Source: Antedon mediterranea
Taxonomy: Eukaryota > Animalia > Echinodermata
Assembly (NCBI RefSeq): GCF_964355755.1
Contig: NC_092672.1
Coordinates: 10,850,001-10,914,000, forward strand
Direction: 5' to 3'
Length of the DNA stretch: 64,000 bases
The position numbers and the translations under genes are program-made. Below are positions 39,826 to 52,300 of the stretch, piece by piece (position 1 is the stretch's first letter; the number at the start of each line of letters is the position of its first letter). The notes below the pieces were generated by a model, which saw only the letters and a list, made by a program, of their open reading frames with translations, ran no database searches and was not told the DNA's origin.

Positions 39826-40687
39826 TACTGTACACACATAGTCCTTATGCAATTAGACATTGATTTAGTAGTACTACATATCATTTGTTAAATTAAGAAT
39901 GTTGTTTCTGTGTTATTAAAAAACTTATTGAAATTTTTTAAAGTAAAAATATCAGTATTGATACCTATAAATTTGTATATCATAATAACATGCTTGATAT
40001 TATAATAATGTGTTCTTTATTACAACTAAGAAACAATTATGTACGAGGATTATACACACTGATAGCTCTCAGTTATCAAAAAACGACTACACAATATAGC
40101 TCAAAATACATAGGGATCTGGACTATTACTGTGAAGCGTATAAACACAATACAGTACTGTATATTATTATTATTAAGCCTACCATACCGGTGGTTGAAAA
40201 GTAATCTAAATCTTCTTATTAGCTAATTTTATTAATTTAACATACTGTAGTAAATGCAAACTCTAGCCAGCCTACTACTATCACTACTATCTAGGCCTAG
40301 GCCTAGCTAGTTAGGGCCAGCCAGGCCTCTCTAGCTACTAGCTAGGCCTCGCCTACTACTACTAGGCTACTAGCTAGGCCTAGGCTAGTACTAGACTAGG
40401 CTAGGCCTAACTAGGCCCTAGGCCTACTTACTGCAAACTAGTCTAGCTTAGCTAGGCGTAGGTGTAGTAGTAGGCTAAGTTAGGTAGGCTAGCTAGTACA
40501 GTAGTGCTAGTCTAGGCCAGAAGACAGATAGAAGCGCACACAGCAGCTAGTCTAGTAGTAGTAGGTCTATTATTAGTTTTATGATATAAAATGTTAATAT
40601 TATTGTGATATTTAATAATTATTTAATTGTACGTTTTATATATTTGTATATAAAAAATACTAATTATGTTTTTTCCGAAACTGAAGA

Positions 40688-42754
40688 GGGATCCAGTCAA
40701 GTCGCCCCATCGCAAAGTCGCCCCATACAAAGTCGCCCAATACAAAGTCGCCCCATCGCAAAGTCGCCCCAAAACAAAGTCGCCCCGGCACAGTCGCCCC
40801 ATCGCAAAGTCGCCCCATTACAAAGTCGCCCCATCGCAAATTCGCCCCATCGCAAAGTCGCCCCAACGCAAAGTCGCCCCATCGCAAAGTCGCCCACGGT
40901 TTTAATCATATTGGTTGCGTTTGATATCGATTGCGTTGTTACTTTGGTCGCGCTAAATGTCGTATACAGTATAATGTTTATCCTATCATGGATTAAAGAA
41001 ATCCATGATCCTATATACATAATTTGTGTTTTAATTTTTATTTTACAGGTTTTAATGGAGTGATGTGCTTTTTAAAAATCATTAAAAAAATAGTCCCTTG
41101 TTTGAAAGTTCTAAAAAGATTATCCCTGATTTATAGTTTCGAAAATGTTAATTTAATATGATTTTAAAATTAGTTACCAGAGCCACAATTACGAATCTTT
41201 CTTCAACCTACGCGTGGATACCAGCTATTTTTTTAGGATAAGCTAATTAGGATAATATAATAAATGTATAAATGTGTAGTAGCCTAGGCCTTCGTATAGA
41301 TTTACAGTAGTTAAAACAATAACAGTGTTGTAAGACAATGAGTGCTATAGGCTACTTATTGATCATTTTGCATTTATTGACAAGTTATGTGTCTTAATTT
41401 TATAATGACTTTTCAAAATAAAGAAATAAAAAAAAAGGATTTCATTGCCGATATGATTGTTTTACATGCAGGTATTTTAGTAAAATTAAAACGCTACATT
41501 TTGACCATGGAAAAACCATCGTACAGTATCGTGTGCGTGTTTTTTAAAAAGGGGAATCCCCGACGGTCAGCAGAAAGACGTAGCAGCTGTGAGGAAACAG
41601 ATACCAGAAGGCGCAGCTCCGATTGGTTTCAGAGAATGTTTCAGATGGCGAGTCCTTTTATTCAACAGCACAATGATCATTTTACTGAAGAATTCTTTTC
41701 AACCCCTTTGGTTAGGCCTAGAACATTCTAATTATCATGCCTAATAAATATCCTCATATCGGGTATTTATTTAATTTTAAATTAAACAAGACAGTGAAGA
41801 GGCACGGAATAATACGTACACGGACGTACGACGAATACACACACGCACGTCATTACGACATATAGTGGTGATATGATGCAATTTTATAATGGATATAATG
41901 ATGGGATTGCCTTTCCAGGCTTACAATCAATGTTCATTACGTAATACTATGTATATAATAGTAAACTGAATGTTTATAAATAAATTGTTTTACTTAATTT
42001 GTTGCATATAAAATAAAAGACACAGACGTAGCCTACGTTTCCTATAAAATATTTCACATTTAAATAATTATGTACTGTTAAATGACATTATGCTGGATAA
42101 TATTATAATCTTAAACTACTGTATGTTTACAAATTATTAATATAGGCCTAATAATAATAATACATATTCATCGACCAAAGTAAAAATAATCTAGATCTTA
42201 TAACATCATTTTATCGCGACCAAATTTAAACGCGACCGATTTCGAACGCGACTGATATCATCGTAAAACTCCGGCGGGGTTTCCCCATCTTCAGATGTTG
42301 CGTTGTAGTTGTAGTACGACGACAACGGCGGAGTAATTACGGGGGTTTCCCTCTGGTAAGCTAGCACGTTAGTGCGACCGCGGAGTGATTAGTCGGGGGC
42401 TTCCTCTCTGATGATGGGGGTGCGTGCCGATCGTGTGACCTGAGACTACATGGCGGGGCTTCCCCTTTTTATGCCTACACGTTCCGTGTTATTTTGTGTA
42501 TCATTGCGACATTTTACGCACTTGTAAACTATTTTTTAACGTTTTGGGGCGACTTTGCGATAGGGCGACTTTGTGATGGGGCGACTTTGCGATGGGGCGA
42601 CTTTGCGTTGGGGCGACTTTGCGATGGGGCGACTTTGCGATGGGGCGACTGTGTCGGGGCGACTTTGTTTTGGGGCGACTTTGCAATGGGGCGACTGTGT
42701 AAGGGGCGACTTTGTATGGGGCGACTTTGCGATGGGGCGACTTGACTAGCATCC
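40688..42754 (+). mobile_element. Non-autonomous DNA transposon (MULE- or Merlin-like), longer copy B
   Basis: Same termini and 15-bp arrays as copy A, in the opposite orientation. 8-bp TSD ACTGAAGA at 40680-40687 and 42755-42762. No transposase ORF inside. Confidence 0.9.
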
Positions 42755-43332
42755 ACTGAAGACACTCCTCTGTGATAAGTGATGTTTTGTTGTTGCTGAC
42801 GAGTTCATGAAAGTTTAACAATATTTTAACTATTTTCTGGAACGTGAAATATATAAAGAAATCTTAACTAAAGAATCTTAACATGTACTTGGCATCATTT
42901 TACATCATAAAACCCTACCAGGCGATACCGGGCGAAAAGTAGTACGACCGTGTAGAGGGAGGCCATTCTATCTTGGCCTAGGCTCTATAATATAATATAG
43001 ATAGGCCTCTCTAGTACGGGGCGCCGTATGGGACAATGCTAGTAGTAGTAAGCTAGTCCTACGAATATCCAACTACACTACTAACTTGAATAACTACTCT
43101 AGCCTACTTGCTTCTTTTGTGAATCCCTTCTAGCTAGCTAGTTAGTAGGCTGTAGACCTGCTAGACTAGCTAGTGGCATCAAGCTAGGCTACCTCGATCA
43201 TCAATCTGTGTTCCTTATTTAAATCCGCGTAAGAAAACTTAATTAAAGACCACAGTCATGACCTGTCATTGATATTACAAGGAATTTGTTGCATAATTAT
43301 TCTTTTTATATTTATTATTTTCCCCAGGTATT

Positions 43333-46300
43333 ATGAATTCCCACAATTACACAGTTGCTGGCATGGCACATAAGTCATCATGCACTCTAAATCTAGAAAC
43401 GGATGAGGAAATGGTAAGAAAACTGGCATCAAAATAAATGGTTAATGAATAGTGATTGTTGAGTATTTTAGTGGTAAGAAGCTTAATAGTTGACTTTGTT
43501 GTTGTATGCATACATGCCAACACCGGGAGACTACTCCTCGTCTCCCAGCAATATTGTGCTCCTGTTTTTCCACATTTTCTCCCGATTAAAAAGATAACTA
43601 AATTTTGACGCATATGTGTGGTTTTCTGCATTAAATTATAGCAAAAAGGCTTAACACACAAGCAAAATTATGATATTTAAATATGTACGACCATCTGCAG
43701 TCATAATTTTCTGATTTTGTTCTCAACGGAAAGAGGATTCCCCTCGCGATACTGCTTGTTCAATTCAATTCAATTCAAAAGACATTTATTTTCCTCCATA
43801 GCAATACAATAAAAAATAAAAAACATACTGCACTCCTTACCTCTCGATAATAGATAGAGGGTGCTGTTGACCAAAAAATACCAGAGCCAAAAAGATAAAG
43901 AGTTACAACATTGAAGATTAGAAGCCATTTTTGTGTAAAAGAATTCGAATTGTTGCTCTTATTCTTTACATGCATTAATGGAGACAAGTTTGACACAATT
44001 TGATCTGCATATCACATGACTATAATCCAATGCCGTAACTCTTTATATATATGGCTCTGAAAAATACCACCTTGTTTTTTAACTTCAGATGTTGGCATGC
44101 ATGTGTATGTCAGCCACACCTGTGTACAATTCAGGTCATACTATATTTACACCCCGGTAGGATTTTATTCTATAAAATGTTATTGCAGTGGCAGATACAG
44201 GATATATTGAAATAGCGGAGGCCCAGGGCCTAAAAGTAGTGAAATGAGTGCTGAAATTAATTTGATGTCCCCTATCTTTTGCATTACAATTTGCGAAATT
44301 TAGAGGGGGCCCAAGCCAGCTGGCACCCCCCTCCCCCTTGAATGTGGTATTAAATTTAATGTAACTGTGATATTTAACAGTTTAATTCTACAGCGAGTGA
44401 GTGGCCGAGCGGTTAAGACAGTGGAACCGTAATTACGTAGCCATAACATCGGCAAGGGTTCGAGGCTCACTCGCTCCATGGTTCTGGTGGTAGAACGAGT
44501 CTTCTCGGATAAGGACTATCAACCGTAGGTCCAGTGTACACATAGCTCATGCGCACTTTAAAGAACCTAGTACATCTTTCGAGACGAGTAGGGGGTTACC
44601 CCGGTGTACTAGTCCACACAAACACAGCCACTGTGCAAATTGGGACTGGACCGTTTTAGAGGTGTTTACCACCTGTTGGTCCAGATCCTTCACTAACTGA
44701 GTTAGTGAGAAGTCGAATAAATAAAAAAATAAATAAAATAAAAAATAAATACATTTTTAATGTGAAAGACTGTCAAAATACTGATTTTATTCCGAAACTG
44801 AAGACAGCCATCTTTGACGGTGATGTTTTGTGACGATTGAAAAGTTTTAACAATATTTTAACTGATATTAACTTGTTTTATGTTAAATTTATCACTTAGA
44901 GTATGTCAATAACATGTACTTGATATCATTTTATATCATAGAAGCCTACCGCCGCAATATTGGGTCTCCTGGGCGTAAATTAGTATGGCTGTGGAATTCG
45001 GCCTGATAAGCTGTAAGAAATTGGTTATTCCCCAGCATTTATTTACATTTGAACTTTTATTCTTTTTGACTGTTATGCAGAAAAAATTCAGTATAATTTA
45101 GTAGGTCTTGTGTTAATTATGGAGAGACTGTGTGTGTGTTTATTTACTCTATTACTGTACCTGTATGCGCGCCACCCCCAAGATTTTGTGTAGAGGATAA
45201 GCAGGGGTCATTGCAATTTATTAATAATATAATTATAATAGAAATGCACCATAATGACCAAATTGCAAGTGGTACACCCCATGTCTATTATTGGTGCTCC
45301 CCGTTTCTGAAATCTTGGATCCGCCACAGAATTGAGAAATTCATTCATTCTGCTTTTATTCAATATTTCTCTTTGCAGTATATATAAAATAAAACTGAAT
45401 TGCGAGAGATTTACATATAAAATTGGTACAAGCTTTCAAACATCAAAATTTACAACATTAAAAAGTTAAAAAGTTAAAAAAAACTGGAAGAAACTGATGA
45501 AAGTACTTATTACTTATTATTATTATTATTGTTGTGTTTATTTTGGTTTATTAATTAGTCTACACAGTGCTGGGAAACATGAGTTGTTGAATCTTTTAGT
45601 ATTGCCATATATTTCACTTTGCTTCTTAGCATTCCTAAGTATCCTGCCACACGTTTCGCCTCTCAATTTAGAAAGTGCGTTAGGGACGATTTTGTTAAGA
45701 GTTTTAGCAAAATCAAGAAGAATATCTTCTCTTCTTTGATCTAAAAATTTAAGATTAAGTAGTTTAATTGCTTGATCATAGGATGCATATTTTTGTCCGA
45801 GAATTATTCTACATGCGCGTTTCTGTATAGATTCAAGCTCCATGGATTGTGCTATGGTTAAGGCAGAGTGCCATACCGGACACGCATATTCAGTTACAGG
45901 TCTTATGTGGCTAATATACATTTGACGCAGATGATTACAAGGCATTCCAAATCTTTTTAAACATGTCAACATATGTAATCTCTTACTGGCTCTATTAACA
46001 ACATCGTGGATATGCATATTCCATTTCAGAAATATTGTAAATAGACGATTATTGTAAAGATCAGATTCAGATTAAATTTATTTTTCCAATTAAAATGGAA
46101 ATAATATAAGTACATTTTCAAAATTTTAAAATGTATATTAATAAAATTAATTAAAATTATTACAACTATCTATTATACAATATTTATGTTCATTAAACCA
46201 ATCAATATATTAAAAACAGACATGATTACTACAAGGATACAAATTTTAAAAGCAACGTATAAGAACATAAAAAATACGATAAACATTACATATTATATAC

Positions 46301-49300
46301 AGGATCCAATAATTTAACATTTTCTATCTGATTCTATGCCTACATAAAAAAAACTTATTTACCTCCGCCAAGGAGGTATATGTAATCGGTAGCGTGTGTT
46401 TGTTTGTTTGTTTGTTTGCTAGCAGGATTACTCAAAAAGTAATTACAAGATCTTTACCAAAATGAAGTACAGATAGATATGTGGTCAAGGACCATTCCAT
46501 TAAATTTTGGACCATTTTGGGACCATGGTCCCAATTCTGGACCCCTTTTTAGTATACTTTTTTAGACCTGCTAGTGTTAAAAGATAGGACAGAATTTTTC
46601 AAAAGCCGGCGAGCAGTCTTAAAGTAACAAGTAAACTGAACTACTTGTCCAAAAAACTTCATTTTTTAACAAGAGGCAAGAGTTATAATTTGTGATTTGT
46701 AATTTTAAAACATAATTTGATTTAATGTGCACGTTTTTTGATGCGAGTAGTTTGAAAAAACTATTTCTTTTCAAATTCACTCGTTTGATTTTCGCGTTGC
46801 TGTTCTATTGTTAGTCAACTGAAGCTATTGTTAATTGAAAGGCTTGTTACATAACCATTACACCAAACTCGCATACACATGCTTGTAATGAAATTAGCCT
46901 AAATCACAAACAGCATTAAGACACACACAAATATATATATATTTTTTTTTTACCGGAGAAATCTTATGTAGGAGAATTTTACAGTAGGCGGAGGTATGTA
47001 CTCTCGGAGTGGCTTTCTAGTTCAAAATTTGATAGTATTGCATTGTTTTTTTACAATTTTTTCATAGGTGTGTACAGGTTATCTTTTAAACAAAACAAAG
47101 AAGATTTGTGTTACATTCTTTACTTTCTTGTCATTGGGAATTCTACAACTTGTATTTCATTGGAAGAAAGACTGGCGTATTTACTGCACATGCTCAATGT
47201 GTCCTCTACAAAAAGCTGAAATATTACTGATAAAAGTATGTGTGTTCCATTGTATATGGGTTATCAGGGGCGGTCGCTGGACTATTTTAAGAGGGTTGCC
47301 CAAAGTGTCGAGGGCTGTAGACATTTAGTATTTGAGCCACAGGTCCCACCGATAGAAGAAAATGTTGTTAAATGACACCCATAGATGGCGAGAAATGGTA
47401 CTAGCGCACGACAAACGCATGATAAATGGCACCTCTAATAAATTTATTTGTTTTATTTCACAGAACAAGTTTGGAGAATTTTTTATAGAAAATATTAAGA
47501 TAGTTAGGCTCTCAACAAGTGTCGATACACTCCTAAGAAAACCAAGGTAAAAATAATTGTGCTTATATTTTTTTAAATTTTTATTTTATAAACAAATCAT
47601 TTTTAGTTTCACCGGCCCCAAGAAGTTATAGAATTTAATCCCTGAAAACTTAACTAATTCATCCACTAAACACATTTTGTTTCTAATTTAAACGATTATT
47701 TATTTAACTATGTTTAAAAATTAGATAAAAAAGTTGTTTTTTTATTTATCTGTAGTTTTTTGTTATTTTTATTCATGTAATTTATTTTGTTTTTAAATTG
47801 TATTTTTTGAGTATTATATATTCTCTTTCCACTTTCAGCACAAGCTTTGCTTTTTTAAATCAGTTCCTCCTTCATGTTGTATATTGTTGTATACACAAAG
47901 AATTTTTTTAAAAGGCATTTTATAATAGTGCTAACATGTTTTTCATGACTAATCCTATCATCGAATATGTTGCCTTTTTACGCTACTTACATTACAGTTA
48001 TATTTGAATATTTAAGTTTCTCTTTTTGATATAATAAAACCACATAAAAGAAAATTACAATTGCCAGGCCAGATTTAATGCAATTTTTACACAAAATATA
48101 ATATATAGATAAATTGTGGAAAAAGATATAAATTTGCAGTTGAAAAAATTAATATTAAACAAAAAATTCAACAAAATCCTAATACAGTAGTAGAAATAAC
48201 AATAAAATATAGATATATTATTATGTTTTAACAATTTTCTGTGAATTTTATTTAGTCTAGAAGCTGATACTGAGGCTGGACCTGGTGGGGATGCTCAATC
48301 AACCATATCTGAAGATGAGATAGATGTTGATGAATCTCAAGTTTTAATACATTCCGAGAACAGTAGTGAAGTAAGTGAAATAATAATTGAACAAAAATAG
48401 AGAATATTAATGAAATAAAGCATTCTTTGTTTCTGCATATTGTAGGTGGTTGAAAAAAGAAAAGTATTATAATAACCTTTCAATTATAATAATGCTACAA
48501 TTTCCTGAAGCCTCTAATCTAAGGCCGTGTTTCCGAAGCCAAAACTAATTTAAAGTGCGCATGATCAGTCATTATCAAACAACCAGATGCCCAATCATGA
48601 CACAACAATTTGTCTTGCAGGTCATAGGTTAAATATTATTTTTATTTATCAGATAATTATCCAATTTGAATGAGATAATTAGTGGTTAATTTTTGTGAAA
48701 TTGGTTAAACCATGTTTCCACAGGCAGTTTATTGGTTAATTTTTATCGGTTAATTTTTGGCTGCGGAAACATGGTAACACATTTTTTATAGAGAGGGCAG
48801 TAAGTAAACGCTCTTTATTGTAAAATTGTTGGCGTCCAATCAGCGCCACCGAGCCATCTTTTTAATGTGTAGTATTCCTGGATAATTTTCGAAATTATTC
48901 TTGTTGAATAAACTGTAAAAATGAATAATAAATTATTTACTTGTCTTTCTTATCCAAAAAAAGTCATTAGTCGTTTTTATATAGTTACTGCCGGAATATC
49001 AACACTGCAGACACGCAAGCCATTGACCTTTTTTTTAACTCTACACTATTGTTAAAGTACAGTTTAACGTTTTTGCTTATACAGTACCTATATAATGGAA
49101 TTCTGATTTTCTATTTTTTGTTATTTTTTTAGAATTCTTGTAAGCTGGTTTATTTTGAACATCGTAAGGTGAAATATGTTTGGAACAAAGAAAAACAGGC
49201 ATTCCATCCGCTAACCTCATATGATGTTGCTACTTCTCTTTCCACATTCTACACAAAGTTAAAGGGTCTTGCAGAAGATGAACAAAAGAATAAGTAAGAT

Positions 49301-52300
49301 ATAAGGTCCTTAAGTTTTTAAAAAGGCATTGCTAACTGAAAATACAGAAACACAACCAATGCTTAGTAATTGGATATTGAAGTAGTGATGCATGAAGTTC
49401 ATAAACTGTGTAATCTTGAATCACTGTTTGTTTCTTGACAAAAACTTTTCAACTATAGATAATAGGGAGGTTTCGCAACCTTACGATAACGAAAACGGAT
49501 ACGTCACACATTTGTGAAACTTTTGAGCTGATCCCCATTTCATATTCGTAAACCGTATTCGTGTTGATGAATATCACCAGTCATATTCGTAACTACAAAA
49601 CGAGTATAGTTTTTGATCTATTTTGCACAATTTGCATTTGAATCAGGAATGATTCATGATTATAGTATAATTATAGATTTATTGAAAGTAATTTACTAAA
49701 ATAATTTATTAAAATGCCAGGTCAATTTTGATAAATAGCAGTTTTTAAAGTCCTCACTCGCTTTGATGTTACGCTAGGCCTAGGCAGCCAAGCACCAAGC
49801 AACACGTACCTGTAATTCGCTCAAATTTACCGCAGTCATATTTTGGACGCCGCCCTCAATATTTCGTTGCCATGCGAAACAGATTTTTACTGGCTTACGA
49901 AAACGAATACATGTGCATAAAGTATCCGTTTTCGTTATCGTATTCGTAAGATTGCAAAACCTCTCTAATGACTTTAATTTTACTATCCAATTCAACGGGT
50001 TGGACATGCTTAAGAATCGAGTTGCCATGCTACAATCTAGCTTATGAAATAATAATATTTATGTGTTTATTTTTCAGACAACTTATATATGGAGTGAATG
50101 ATATTTATGTTGAAGTTAAAAGTTATAAACAGTTATTTATTGAAGAGGTATAGTATTAATTAACAGTGTTATAAGTTAGATTTATGTGGAATTGTTTAGG
50201 ATGTGTTTCAGCTGAATAACTCAAAATAACCAATATTATTTTAGTCAAATTATAATATTTGTATATATATTAGTATATTTAGTACAGTTACTTAATGAGT
50301 TAAATTCTAGAACTATAGGTTAATCATTTATGCTGTCTTTGATACCAATAATATTTTTAAATTGTAATTAAATGACATGATCAATAAGATTGTTGCATTG
50401 TATAACTAATCATAAAGTCATTTAATTGGACGTGTGAAAATATCCTTTTCATCAAAATAAGGATAGATTGTTATCCTGTAGCTCTAGTATAAAATCTTTT
50501 TTGGATTTCTTTTGTTTTATGTATGAAAAATACATATTTATCGTCGATCATTATCGTCCTAGTGTAAATGGGCCTTAAACAGGAATTAACAGAAATGCCT
50601 TTATTATCAAGCATGTAATCATTATTTTCTTCTCTCTGTCCACAGATATTAAATCCATTTTACATGTTTCAAGTGTTTAGTTGTGGACTGTGGTTTGTTG
50701 AACATTATATTTTCTATGCTGTTTGCATCATAGTTATCTCAGCTGTATCACTCACCATATCATTGTATGAAACTCACAAGGTATGCCATCCCTGTATTTC
50801 CTTCTACCTGTTATGGTTGCTGCAGATATTTTTCCAATTAAAGATGTATTGTCCCCCAAAACATGAAAAATAAAATCAGACTTCGAATATATTATTGTGT
50901 AGTTTTAATAAAGTTAATCACTTCTGTAGGAAAAAAACGGAAAAAAATAATATTTTCACTTATAAAATGACAAATTAAAAGGTTACATTCAACTGTACAG
51001 TTTTTTCAGGTAAATACATTTTTTTTTCGATGCAATTTTTGGTCAAAGTGTATAACTATTATGTGACATTAAATTGCCATATTTAAAAAAAATATTTTAA
51101 GAATTATTTTTTCAGGGGGACAATACATCTTTAAAGCTTGGCGGCTATTTGATGTTCCAAAAATGGCTAAGATACCACATTAAATGGAACAAAATTAAGT
51201 GCTAAATGTCACAGATAATGTAATTTTACTGTAATTTAAATTTACAGTACATCCATTTTGTAATTGCATGGCATGTAATTTGATTTAAATTAGCTTCTTC
51301 TTCACATCACAAACAAGTTAATGCGATTGTATTGATTCCCTTAATTGATTGAATAAATGTGATAAATAATATATATTTATAATAATAAATGGTTTTTTTT
51401 TTATGGTTTATGTTTTCAGCAAGCAGTGACATTGCGAGATATGGTTGCACACACTAGTAAAGTTAAAATTCTAAAATCTAATGGAAGTAAGTTTGAGTAC
51501 AAAGTTCGGTTTCTCTGGCACTGTTCTTAAATATAGCCAAACAACAACATTTCATTAGATTTATCATCCAATGAAGTGTATACCACTGTATAGAAATCAT
51601 TTGTTTTAGGATGTTGGATTGGCTGTAGCGCAAAATGAGCTTAAACTATGTATATGAAATGATTGGGAATAGGTAGTCATCAAATATGTTGTACATTAGG
51701 TACAGTATGATCCGACCAGGGACATGAGCATCGGGACAAAGCTTCAGAAACCTCTTGGTCCGAGAGGAGAGCAGCTACTAAGGTCCCCACCATAGGCTAC
51801 AGGCTAATTTATATATTTGTCTATTTGAATACAATTAATAGATTAATACCGTATATCCTCTGGTATAATCCCACTCCCATTGAACACGAAATTGGGCCGA
51901 CTTTTGGGATGGGACTCTGGTTCAGGAAAAAAAATATTGGTAAACAGTTCTTGTAAAAACTAATCTGAACTGGCTAGAAAGAGGCCTACATCCAGATCAA
52001 AAGTCAATACTGGAACTATACCTGGGGATATGCCTGTTTGTGAAATCAGACATAAAGTAGGGGTTGGGATTAGACTTTAAGTGGGATTATAACCAAGCAT
52101 ATACGGTATATAAAAAAAACTATTATTATTATATGAAACACATACATTTGTGGTCTCTCTAACACAAAGACAATGCATATTTTAATAATTTAAAAATTAG
52201 TAAATGATGGCCTGATGTACTCAATAATACGGCGGTTAGTAAGACAAGTAACACGCATGTTTGTGTCATGATTTCAGATTTTATGAAATCTTTCAGTCTC

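Noticed and set aside
41387-41731. 114-aa ORF inside MITE B as a transposase remnant
   Set aside because: No recognisable DDE, zinc-finger or HTH motif.
28749-42754. Single 14-kb composite transposon bounded by the outer MITE ends
   Set aside because: The outer tips are perfect inverted repeats, but each MITE has its own distinct 8-bp TSD, so they inserted independently. Joint mobilisation is possible but not evidenced.
28751-42821. Repetitive ORFs (KSPHRKVAP / MGRLCDGAT) in the 15-bp arrays
   Set aside because: They are translation artefacts of stop-free MITE subterminal repeats, open in several frames on both strands.
44393-44475. tRNA gene
   Set aside because: A and B boxes are present, but the sequence continues into a SINE core and tail and has a second dispersed copy.
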